Assembly (NCBI GenBank): GCA_976551045.1
Contig: CDPCPM010000026.1
Coordinates: 7,936,001 to 8,000,000, forward strand
Source: Glaucostegus cemiculus
Lineage: Eukaryota
Length of the DNA stretch: 64,000 bases
Reading direction: 5' to 3'
The notes under the pieces were generated by a model. The model saw nothing but the letters and a program-made list of their open reading frames with translations. It searched no databases and was not told the origin of the DNA. Below are positions 12,732 to 24,275 of this stretch, piece by piece. The position numbers and the translations under genes are program-made. The stretch's first letter is position 1. Every line of letters starts with the position of its first letter.

Positions 12732-12895
12732 GTAAAAACAGAAAAGGCTGGAGAAACTTAGGGCAGGTAGCATCTGTGGGGAGAAAAATAACGTTAACAT
12801 TTCAGATCATGTAAACTGTCTCTGCACAGATGCTGCTTGACCTGAATGCTTCCAGCATTTTCTATTCAGATTTCAGATTTCCAGCATCTGTGGTT
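12732..12895. mobile_element. Palindromic Penelope-derived miniature element
   Basis: gcatctgtgg...cacagatgctgc and gaaaaggctgga...tccagcattttc form inverted arms. Confidence 0.6.
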
Positions 12896-14084
12896 TTTTT
12901 TGAGAACCCCTCTGGCAAAACATAAATCACATCACGATAATGATGAAGATGATGATGATCATGTAGGTCAATCACATCGAAAAGTACTTTTCTTCCTTCC
13001 TAGCTGGGAAAGAAAGGGAATGTAAAGATCAAACCTATGTAAAAACGGACATGAAGTAACATGGAGGAAGTCTGAAAACTGATTATTCACTGTAATGAAT
13101 TATAACTTCTTAAAAAAAATATACAACTTTCAGTTTACAATGTCACTAGGTTATTGGCCTGAATATAAGCATTAATAAAAGGAAACTCCAGTAATTTTTT
13201 TTGCAGACCAGTACGAAATTTCCAATGTAAAGTACTATTTGCATGCAGTGAAATGTACAGACGGCAAAAGTTCTCACAGGTATGCAAAGTGTTACATTTG
13301 AAATCATTTCAAATCATTCTAAATATGGAGCTGTATATAGTGCTCTAGGTGCGATTAAACCTCGAAATTGCTAAAGGTACCAATTCCATCTGTCAGTAGT
13401 TGAAGCTGCTGAAGGATCAGAGACTTGCGTCTCCCTTGCGAACCAATACGTTTGTTAACCAATGCGCTTGAGCAAATTTATCAAATTAATGCACATTTTG
13501 CTGGACCACTGACAACACAAGTCTGTACATAAAAAGATAAATATTAAATTAATCTAAATCAGAATAATATGCTTCCAGAAATTAGAAGCACAAAGCTGCC
13601 ACCAGAAAACAAGGTCACAAAGTATAATTTTCACAGAAAAATTAATAACATTGTTATTTCTCTAAGAGAAATCTCTAAATGAAAGGAAGAAAGTTCTATT
13701 TTGGCTAGATCAGCACCTTTCAAATATAATAGGCCATAATTTGCTCTTCCCTTTCTCTGTTTTGGCACTGTGCAGAACACATACAGTGTTCTGACAGTTG
13801 TATAATTCACCTTGAGTATTGCACAATAAATATGCATTTTACAAATACTTAAACAGTGAGAGACTGGAGCACCAACAGCACTAAGACAGGGCAGGGAACT
13901 ACCTAGAACATTCTACATGATGAATTTGTCATCTTGTCTGAATGGGACCAATCATAGGTCAGACATTCCTACAGAGGAGAAATGTGCATATTGATACAAT
14001 AAATGATAATTTTTAAGAGAAATTCATGTCATCTTAGACTCCACTTGCATTTCTAACAACAGCTCCTAACAAACAAAGTTTCTC

Positions 14085-14395
14085 TCAAGTAGTAGGAAAG
14101 TTCTTCCCATAGCAGAAGTATTTAAAACTAAAGGACACAGGTAAGGGGTAAGAGATTTAGAGGTGATCAGATGAGATTTAGAGGTCAGAGGAAAAAGTTT
14201 TTCCACTCACTGGATAGTTGGAATCTGGAATATATTGGTGGAGGCTGGTACACTTACATTTAAGTATCCAGACAAGTACTTGAGATGCCAAGGCATAGAA
14301 GGCTACAAACCAAGAGGTGATAAATGGGATGAGTGCAGATGGGTACTTGGACATGGTGGGGAAAGGGCTCATTTCTGACTCTTTGACTCTACAGT
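14085..14395 (+). mobile_element. CR1 3' fragment
   Basis: aaaactaaaggacacagg...gagatttagagg...gttggaatctggaat...gaaggctac, typical of the CR1 ORF2 end and 3' UTR. Confidence 0.7.
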
Positions 14396-15509
14396 GGCCA
14401 GACAAATAAAGTTACTATTTATTAAAGTGCAAGGTATTTTAAAGGTCAAAATCTCACACAGGGGAACCAATTAGAATAGTAGAAATAATGAATTATGTAC
14501 AGGTTGCTTGAAAAACATGCTTCTCCTCCAAATGAGTGCCTTAGAGTGTCAGTTCAATTAACAGTCCATGACAAGTGCAAGGTGACTGAGAAAGAGCATT
14601 TTAATCACACTTCCTTTGGTTTTGGTGGCAGCCACACATATTTAAGTTCAGTTCTGATATTAGGGTTTCCATTTGTTCATTGGTGCATTCCCTCTATGGT
14701 GAACATGACGTGCCCCTTTGACAAGTTTACAGTGTTTATTGATGCTAATAAATATATATTATGTACAGACTAAACTTTCAACCAACCATTTAGCTCAGTG
14801 TCAATAAAACAGAGAACAAATCAGGAAACTACCAACATGATAACAAAGGCTATAATACTAACTTTTCAGAAGAGTGTGTACAGAGTTCATATGGCTGAGT
14901 GTGTGTTAAAAACAGAATATATACTATCTTTTGTTTTGTCTGATTTTCCTAAAGGCCTTTAATACTGCTCCATTTCTAATGAAAGGCACTGGGAAAATGT
15001 TAACTTTATACAATACACTTGTTGTAAGTTCTGGCATGCTCTCACTATGGATGGGTGCCACTAAGGTGAAGAGGTTGCCAAAGCAGGGATAACTGCGCTT
15101 GTGCTCACCACTGGCACATTCGCCTCCAACTGGCTTCTGTCTGCCAAAAAGTATACAACACAAAGTAACCTGAAGTAATTCCATACCTTACTCTTTAAAA
15201 TATACTTCACATGCAAACTTAAAAGCTAAAGGCAAATGTCTTACTTTCAAATTAACATTGTAAAAACTCCCACTAAAATGCAAATTATGCAATGATTTTG
15301 CAGGATTTGCTAACTGACTAATTATATGGGACATTCCATGAACACTTGTTTTGAAGGAAAGCATCAGGTCATCTTCAGTGATGCACCAAATGTCTTTAGA
15401 TTACACTAATACTTAGAGGGAAACATGGATTCCCTTGGATCCTGCTGAGCCAAATTATAGCGTTTCACTGGGGAAAATAAAAGCTTTAAAGAAAAGTGGT
15501 GAAAAACAA

Positions 15510-15690
15510 ATAAAACTGCAGAAGCTGGAATTTGAAACAGAACCAGGAATACTGGAAGAACTTGAAGAGTCAAACAGCATCAGTGGAAGGAGAACTGGGG
15601 AAGGGTTGCTGACCCAAAACACTGACTGGTTTCTCTTTCCACAGATGCTGCTTGATGGGCCCAATTCTCCAGCATTTCTATTTTTGTTGA
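15510..15690. mobile_element. Palindromic Penelope-derived miniature element
   Basis: Inverted arms (cagcatcagtggaa / ttccacagatgctg) around gaagggttgctgacccaaaacactgac. Confidence 0.6.
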
Positions 15691-15879
15691 AGAGAATTGA
15701 AGCTGATAATGTTTACAAGCAAGCAAACTCACCACCAGCTTTCCAAACTATTTTAGTAGTGCCTCATTTGTGCCATTACCAACCAGAATTGGATGCAATT
15801 ACCTTAATGCCAATTACTGACAAAACAGTTCAATCTGTATTTGACCAATCCATTCATATTTTTCTCATATTTTTATCTT

Positions 15880-16260
15880 GGCATAGGAGACCATTTGGCC
15901 CATTAAATCTGTGCCAGTTCTCTGAACAATTCCATTCCCCTACTGTTCCAAGCAACTCATTTGATCCATTGAGTCTATGCCAGCTCTCTGATCAATCCCA
16001 TTCTCCATACATTTCCATGCAACCCATTTTCTCTCACATGACTATCATCTCACTGACCACTCACTTACAGTAGCTGATTAACATACCAACCAACATGTTT
16101 TGGCATGTGGTAGAAAACCAAAGCATTCAAGGGAATCCCAGGTGGTCACAGGGAGAACATGTACACTGCACACAAATAACATTAGAAGTCAGGATTATAC
16201 CAGGGCTGCGAGTTACCTGTACAAACTGCTGTGTGATACCAGCACAACCTGCTGTACATT
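15880..16260 (-). mobile_element. V-SINE (HE1-like), reverse orientation
   Basis: atgtggtagaaaaccaaagca...ggtcacagggagaacatgtacactgcacaca is the reverse complement of the V-domain; the 3' tail appears duplicated at 15885-16000. Confidence 0.7.
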
Positions 16261-16419
16261 CTTTGTGACCACTTGGTTTCCCCCCAACTGTACCATTCGG
16301 TTACCAGCTACATAACAATATACTGAAAGAAGCTTCCCAACTGTGAATATTTATATTACTGGAAAAATGTTTCACTGTAGTGGTTCAATAATTCCACATT
16401 TTAAACTTTATAATAAAAA

Positions 16420-16660
16420 GCAAATTTCATGACCTCAGCGTGTCCCAGAGCATCTTATCACCAAAGAATTACTTTTTGATGTGAGTCACTGCTTTAATAT
16501 ACAAAATGCAGAACATTTGACAATGACCTGAATAACTATTTAAAATGGTGCTGAACAAGGAATAAATATTGGCAAGGGATAACTCCCCTCCTCCTCTTCA
16601 AAATAATTTCATCGGATCCCTTACACCTGCCTCAGAGAGCAGGCAGGATCTTGGTTTACA
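16420..16660 (-). mobile_element. Deu-domain SINE (SacSINE/AmnSINE-like)
   Basis: Reverse complement of the Deu domain (taaaccaagatcctgcctgctctctgaggcaggtgtaagggatcc...ttttgaagaggagg...ccaatatttattcc). It abuts a CR1 tail at ~16660-16770. Confidence 0.65.
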
Positions 16661-19559
16661 TACAGACATGCAAATTTGAAGCAGGAGTTAGTTATTCTGC
16701 CCCTCCAACCTGCTCTGCCATTCAATAAGATGTTAACTCAACCCTATATTCCCAACCTATTCGGACAAATCCCATTGTTGAATACACTAGTCAATGTTGA
16801 ATACACTAGCATCTGCTGAGAGGAATCATTTCAGGTTGTTAAATCTTTTTGATCCAGTAACGTTCGCTTCAGACACCAAGATTAAGGCAGTAAAGAACTG
16901 ACCGATCTTCCTCTGCAGTACTGGAGAACTACGTACCTTTTCAAGAGAACCATCTCAGCTACAAAGATATCCACTAATCACTGACTCGACATCAGTGTGT
17001 CAAGAGGATGCACATGAATTTTACTTCCTTCATGGACATAGTGTAAATTGGTGGTAACAAGCTGCAAAATGAATATACTGTGTTGACATTATGAGTGAAT
17101 AGGTTTCTTGGGTAATAGATCTCTCTGCTGTGGGCTTCCAGTACATCTAAATTAAACAGCAACTTTGCTCTTATGTTTTTTTCAAATGGTTAACTGTTTA
17201 CCTTGCTGGGTAGAGTTGAACACAGAGGGTTAGTTGTGCTAATGGTGCCAGTCAGAGATCAGCAAACAATTAAAAATCAAAGCCAATACGTAGACTGCAG
17301 TCCAGTATTCCTTTCCTTAGTATGTGAGGAAAGGAAGAAATGTCTCACAATTTCCAGACTACAGTGAAGCAGAGGAATAAATTGGTTAAGTAGATTATAT
17401 GACATACACTGAAATTAGAGCAAGAAAGAGCCATGTTTGTGTTGGTTTTTACTCACCACAAGTTAGTAGCTCTAATCACATCTACCTGTCCTATTATCAT
17501 AATCCATTAACATGTTTTCTTTTATTCCCTTACACAAAATCTAATCCTGAATATTGAAATAATAGTGAATAGGATGTCCCAAGTATGAGCAGTGGAACCC
17601 CCAAAGCTGACAATAAATTAATGATCTGGATTTAGGAATGAAATCAAGTTGATCCACCCTGTGAACGATACTGAAATCTGTGCTGGGACACAGATGAAAG
17701 GTAGAAGGAATAAGGCAGGAACTGGAAGAGGGTCTCCGGTCTTCGGTAGACCCACAAAACAAGTTAGGTTTCATCTGAAAGCAGGCAGAGCAAAGCAACA
17801 TTTAGCAGTAGACTGCATTTCTGAAACACAATCTTTCCATTTTGTTTGGTGTACGTACCATATGAAGGGTTAGGTAGATGAAATCATTGCAGAAGCAAAT
17901 GCAAAATTTGTACCTCAGAGGCCCAACTACTGCAACATGCTTTAAAAGCAAACAGTTAAAATGCAAATAACCTCTGTACAATGCAGGAAGTTGTTTCAGT
18001 TCCTCAGCAAATTAAAAGCAGGTGTTAGTTTCAGTGAGCTATTAATTACAGACCAATCAGAGTTATATCTTCAAAGACTTTGAAACTTGAACCAATTCTG
18101 CTGCCCTTTGACTATTGTGACATACAAATGTCTCCAAGTCACCTCAACTGGTGTTTCGATGATTTATGTGTAGTATTTAACTGGCACCCTGTAACTACTT
18201 GAAGATAAATAATACTTTGTTTTAATGGTTAAGAATAGTGCAGTTCATTTATTAATTTATGACTAATTTCCTTTATTTGCATTATGCAGCACAGGCTCTC
18301 ATCTGGACAATTACAAGATAATAACTGTTCTCCTGTAAAACACCACTTCCATTAAAAAAAGATCAGACCATCTTATTTTTAACCAGAATGCTGGATAACT
18401 TTAAAAGAAAATTTATCAGAGTAAGATTCTTTCATTTAAAAAAATACTCTCCATCCTCAAGTGGGTCTAAATGTGTCAGATGGACCGGGGACAAGCCAGC
18501 AAAATTCCCTACTGTACAGGTATTCGAGGTGGTGGCGCCGATTGTGGTTGAGGTTGGGAGTGAATGCAGGAAACTCTCCCTTGGAATTGCATCTCCTTCC
18601 ATGAGCCTCCTGCTGCAGCTCCAGCCACTCAACATCGTGCATTGCAAGAGCCACACGTTTCCCACTGCACAACGCCCCTCATCCCCACCTCTCTTCCACT
18701 AACTCCCCTCATTGTTCCTGCTTCTGAAGGGTATTCAGATCCATGAACATTGCCAACTTCCCAACACATTTGATGGTTTAGAAGTACCGGTGTTTGCCTG
18801 TAGACTGCATTGCAATCATGTTTGATATAGGAAGTCACCCATTTTCACGCTCACCTTAATGGAATGATCAAACAATAAAGGAGGACTCAATAAGGCCTCT
18901 CAGTGAAACACGGTGTCAGTTCACTGAAAGCAGGGCAGCCAACACTGGGAGATAAAAGGTACAGCAAAACGTGGTTATCTTTCAATTTGTGCCATATATA
19001 TCTGTCTCAAATCTTTTTAAACAGAATATCATATTTCTCTATTTTCACTTGTATAAAACAATTTGAAGGGCAATGGAACATAACTGGGGGTTTCAGTGAG
19101 CTCAAACCAAAGAAGGTCGAGTGCCATTTTATTACTGCAAGTCTATCATTAGTTTAAAACAAATCAGATCAAGACATTTTAACCACAAGTTCAAATAACC
19201 TGATGTCAAGATGTACAATACAAAGATTAGATACCAATGCCATCAATGTAAAGCCATCATCTAGGTTTGATTTCTTTGTTCAAGAGACAGACAGGGTCAG
19301 TATGATTTGTTTTTCAACAATGAGCAGGAGAGGTATCCCAACCATTAGAAGACTTCCGGGAATCTCTTTATTGGTCAATGCCATTTGTTTTCCCACATCA
19401 TCTCCCACTGACACATTAACTCCCAAACTTCCTTGATAAAGTCAGCAATACTCAGAAATTGCCTTCAAGAATGTACACATCATTTTTTAAAACATTACTT
19501 GGGCAATCTTAAATGTTCAGATTTTAATTGACACTGAAGTAATGAAATTACATTTGTAA

Positions 19560-20115
19560 ATAAGCCAAGGCAGCAAAACAGAGGAACAGCACCTCATATT
19601 CCGCCTGAGTGGTCTGCAACCTGGCGGCATGAATATGGAATTCTCCAACTTCCGTTAACTGGTTCCCCTCTCCCCATCTCTTTTCTCTCTCCTCCTGATC
19701 CACCTGGCCTCCATCACTATATCTCTTTCCCCTCCTTCATCCTCTCCATCTGCTTGTCACCCCACACTCCTACCACTGGTTCCCCTCCCCACCTCCTTCC
19801 CTTTATTCCATGCTCCACCTTCCTCTCCTATCAGATTCCAGCATCTTTAGCCCTTTGTCACTTCCACCTATCACCCCCCCGCTTCTGATGCCGTTCCTAC
19901 TTTCCCCCTTCCCTCATCTGACCGTCACCCATCTCACCGGGATCCACCTATCACCTGCCAGCTCTTGCTCCACCTCTTCCCCCCAACTTTTTATACTGGC
20001 TATCTCCCCTCATCCTTACAGTCCAGATGGAGGGTCTCAACCCAAAATGTTGACTGTCCATTCCCCTCCATAGATACTGCCTGACATACTGAGTTCCTCC
20101 AGCTTTTTGTATGTT
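19560..20115 (+). mobile_element. Penelope-like element 3' end (GIY-YIG C-terminus, pyrimidine-rich UTR, hammerhead relic)
   Basis: 19581-19658 encodes EEQHLIFRLSGLQPGGMNMEFSNFR*, typical of the Penelope endonuclease C-terminus; followed by CAGATGG-AGGGTCTCAACCC-AAAAT. Confidence 0.8.
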
Positions 20116-20494
20116 GCAGCAAAAACAAAACTCTGAAGCAAACGTACATTGATGTGTTGATGCTGCATTGAGTACAGTTCCACAGCAGTGATGCAAAACC
20201 AGGAAAACTCCAGATTTAACTCTGCTGAATCCACCTTAGGGAGATTGTGTCAGGCCAAGCATACTTAATACTCCACCTTGGCCTTAAAGTCTGCACCTTC
20301 TTAAGCCTGCATCTGCAGTGCTCCCTGCTGAACCCTGGTTGTGTCACTGTGAATCAGATGGAAGTATTCTCGACTGAATTGGAAGGTTGGGGTCAACTCC
20401 CAGAGACGAACAGATCCCAACCTGAACAGAGGCGAACCCTCGTATGCCACACTGAGCTAGTGCTAATATAATCAGAGTTAGAGTCTTTTCTCTC

Positions 20495-20992
20495 TCTTGA
20501 TCTACCCAGTTCTTCCTACACTCACCACAGCCGCCATCACCCAGTTTCTTTTCCTCCTCCACCTACCCCAACTGCCCATCACCCACCCACTGGTTCCCCT
20601 CCCCCACCGTTCCCATTTGCCCTCCTCACTTCTCCTATTTGATTCCATGCTCCTCCTCCTTCTCCTATCAGATTTCATCATCTCCAGCCCTCGTCACCTC
20701 CACCTTTCACCTCCTAGCTACTGTCGCTATTTCCACTCTGCCCCTCTGCTATCTGCCGATCACTACCACCACCCCCACCACCCCGACAATCTGGATCCAC
20801 CTATCACTTGCCAGCTCTTGCTCCACCCCTTCCCTTCACCTTTCTATACTGGCTATCACTGACCCTATACTATTCTATACTGACCCTCTATCTTTCAGTC
20901 CAGATGAAGGGTCTCGACCCATAACACTGACTGTCCATTTCCCTCCATGGATGCTGCCTGACCCGCTGAGTTCCTCCAGCATCTTGTGTTGT
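20495..20992 (+). mobile_element. Second Penelope-like terminal copy
   Basis: Colinear with 19680-20110 (ccactggttcccctcccc, ctcctatcagatt, gatccacctatcac.tgccagctcttgctccacc, tatactggctatc). Confidence 0.8.
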
Positions 20993-21014
20993 TTACGGTC
21001 TTTAATGCTCATCT

Positions 21015-21362
21015 TAAACTGAGGCCCACTTTACCCTTTCAAGTGGATGCAAAAGATGACCCTGGTGCTTTTTAAGACAGGTACAAATATTATTGTACTG
21101 ATGTGGTCAGTATGATCCTTAATTACAGATTACATTATTATGACTGCACTGCTGTTCATAGGATCTTGGTGTTTGCCATTTGTCAGCTGTCTTTCTGTGG
21201 GACAGCAACAACAACAGTTCAAAGGTACTTCATCAGTTGGAAGGTGTTTTAGGACTAATTTGTCAGCTGTCTTTCTGTGGGACAGCAACAACAACAGTTC
21301 AAAGGTACTTCATCAGTTGGAAGGTGTTTTAGGACTTCCTGAAGGTGCTTTTTGTAAGTCTC
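21015..21362 (+). mobile_element. Deu-domain SINE with internal 79-bp tandem duplication
   Basis: ttaaactgaggccc...tcaagtggatgcaaaagat...ttcaaaggtacttcatcagttggaaggtgttttaggac. Confidence 0.65.
21178..21336 (+). repeat. Perfect 79-bp tandem duplication (period 80)
   Basis: 21178-21256 is identical to 21258-21336. Confidence 0.95.
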
Positions 21363-22199
21363 TCTCTGGGAGGCAAAGTTTGAACCAGGCAACAAACACA
21401 AGTAAATGGCCTGATTACAATTGATTCTGCAGTTGTCAGTAGGGTAGGCACAGGATTAACAGACCCTTAACTGAACTGGAAATCATTCTCCTCACTCTCC
21501 TGTTAATAGTTTGTACATTATTTTGTTAATGTCATAAATGAATTCTGTCTGGTGATATAGCAAGCTTACAAGAAATCATCAACCTGGATCAGTTTGATAA
21601 ATTAGAACTGAGGTCTCAAGCACAGAACTCTCCAGGACCCTAATTCATACCCTCCATGCCCACCCCATTATTCAATAATCACATAGTTGAACAGTATTCC
21701 ATAAAGTGAATATACAATAGTGTGGAAGGTGAAGATAAATGATAAATCAGTATAAAAGTGTGGGAATTAATTGAAAAAGATAGAAAAATGAACATAAAAG
21801 ACAAACTGTTAAGATACACTTTAAATAAACAGTGTGCATGTGAACAAGTTGCCTCTACAGTAAAAATCCATACCCCTTCAGTAAAGTGCTCTGATTTAAG
21901 GTTTCTGTACAAATGTCACCCTGCCTCCCATCTTTCCAGAACTGCTCATGTTGCAAATACTCAATGATGCATGAAATCTGGAGAGTAGTAGTCAAGAACT
22001 GAATTAACCAGCATCAAATCAGGTCCAATAGGTAGTTTAATGATTCCTAGACTTAAGTCTTCAGTAGTTATAAATTGCTGGCACTTTATCCATAAAGTGT
22101 CATTTTTGCAACTGGTAAAAACAACCAGTCTCCTTACCGAGTCTCCTTCACAATATCTACAGCTAGTATGGAGTCAGAAGAGGAAAAAAAAAGCTTTAC

Positions 22200-22709
22200 A
22201 AAACTTTCTCTATTTTTCCAGAGTGTGAGGCTAGATTATGAAGCATTCACATATATAATTTATTTTGAGTTTCGAAAAGCTTTTGGGCAAAGTTATAAAT
22301 GTAGATCAACTGAAAATCATCAGAACTTCAGGTTGGAATATGGCTCTGGATGTTAAGGCAGAGAAAAAGAAACGGGCAAATTAAATGCAGGTATAATAAC
22401 CACTTCAGTCAGTAGAGGTGTGGGTTATGGTGGTGATAGGGAGGTTTGGAGAGTTCAGTGCTTGAGCCCCCATTGTTCTAATTTATGAAACTATTCCAGG
22501 CTGATGATTATACCTGTAGACAGAACTAGTATAATGACATCAACAAAAAAAAGATACATTTGAGGATCTACAAGAAAATTTGTGAAACCGAGCAGAGAAA
22601 TGACAAATTAAATGTATTGCACATTGTTCAAAAATCAGTGTTTGAAAAAGACATTAATTGTAGAAAGTCAGCTAGGGGACACTGATAGTGATATGCCACC
22701 CTCAATATA
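22200..22709 (+). mobile_element. Ancient CR1 RT fragment (target of the Tc1 insertion)
   Basis: atttattttgagtttcgaaaagctttt (IYFEFRKAF, a decayed YLDF.KAF); resumes after 23932 with agaacaaacaaaatgttg. Confidence 0.5.
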
Positions 22710-23932
22710 CAGCGGCATGCAAAAGTTTGGGCACCTCTGGTTAAAATTTCTGTGACTGTAAATAGCTAAGTGAGTAAAAGATGACCTGATTTCCAAAAGG
22801 CATAAAGTTAAAGATGACACATTTCTTTAATATTTTAAGCAATATTACTTTTTTATTTCCATCTTTTACTGTTTCAAAATAACAAAGAAGGAAAAGGGGC
22901 CGAAGCAAAAGTTTGGGTACCCTGCATGGTCAGTACTTAGTAACACCCCCTTTGGCAAGTTTCACAGCTTGTAAACGCTTTCTGTAGCCAGCTAAGAGTC
23001 TTTCAATTCTTGTTTGGGGGATTTTCGCCCATTCTTCCTTGCAAAAGGCTTATAGTTCTGTGAGATTCTTCGGCCATCTTGTATGCACTGTTCTTTTGAA
23101 GTCTATCCACAGATTTTCGATGATGTTTAGGTCGGGGGACTGTGAGCGACATGGCAAAACCTTCAGCTTGTGCCTCTTGAGGTAGTCCAGTGTGGATTTT
23201 GAGGTGTGTTAAGGATCATTATCCTGTCGTAGAAGGAATCTTCTCTTCATCTTCAGCCTTTTTTTAAAGATGGTGTGATATTTGTTTCCAGAATTTGCTG
23301 GTATTTAATTTAATTTTTCCCTCTACCAGTGAAATGTTCCCTGTGTCACTGGCTGCAACACAAGCCCAAAGCATGATCGATCCACCCCCATGCTTAACAG
23401 TTGGCGAGGTGTTCTTTTCATGAAATTTTGCACCCTTTTTTCTCCAAAAATACTTTTGCACATTGTGGCCAAATAGTTCTATTTTAACTTCATCAGTCCA
23501 CAGGACTTGTTTTCAAAATGCATCAGGCTTGTTTAGATGTTCCTTTGCAAACTTCTGACACTGAATTTTGTGGTGAGGACACAGGAAAGTTTGGAGAAAA
23601 AGAGTGAAAGAAGAATGGGTGAAAATCCCCCAAACAAGAATTGAAAGACTCTTAGCTGAGTACAGAAAGTGTTTAGAAGCTGTGATACTTGCCAAAGGAG
23701 GTGTTACTAAGTACTGACCATGCAGGGTGCCCAAACTTTTGCTTCGGGCCCTTTTACTCTTTTGCTATTTTGAAACTGTAAAATGTGGAAATAAAAAAGT
23801 AATCATGCTTAAAATATTAAAGAAATGTGTCATCTTTAACTTTATGCCTTTTGGAACTCAGGTCATCTTTTACTCACTGAGCTATTCACAGCAACAGAAA
23901 TTTTGACTAGGGGTGCTCAAATTTTTGCATGC
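22710..23932 (-). mobile_element. Tc1/mariner (IR/DR-type) non-autonomous derivative with ~330-bp inverted arms and a decayed DD34E transposase
   Basis: TA|CAGCGGCATGCAAAAGTTTGGGCACC left end, with an inner direct repeat GCAAAAGTTTGGGTACC at ~22906. The minus strand gives VLWTDEVKIELFGHN, PTVKHGGGSIMLWAC, QDNDP, SQSPDLNIIENLW and AKGGVTKY*. Confidence 0.93.
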
Positions 23933-24104
23933 GTGATGAAACAATTATAAGAACAAACAAAATGTTGAATACAGGATCAGGATTTGAGTACAGGGCTTCA
24001 AGAGACTTTGCAAAGATTTTGGTCCATATGAAACCTATACAGCAGACAAAAAAGGCACACATAGTAGTGGGAATGTGGATTGGCTGCCATCTGATATAGT
24101 AAAT

Positions 24105-24275
24105 GCGGGCTCACTCTTAACTTTGAAGAGTAAATTGGATAGATACATGGATGAGAGAGGTCTGGAGGGGTATGGGCTGGGTGCAAGTAAATGGGACTAG
24201 CAGAATAAAGTTTCGGCACCGACTAGAAGAGCTGAATGGCCTGTTTGTGCTGTAATTTTATATGGTTTCTATATT
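24105..24275 (+). mobile_element. CR1 3' end
   Basis: ttggatagatacatggatgagagaggtctggaggggtatgggc...gaatggcctgtttgtgctgta. Confidence 0.8.

Noticed and set aside
15435-16073. 212-aa plus-strand ORF
   Set aside because: It has a TTG start and runs through a palindromic Penelope-derived element and SINE tails; no protein signature.
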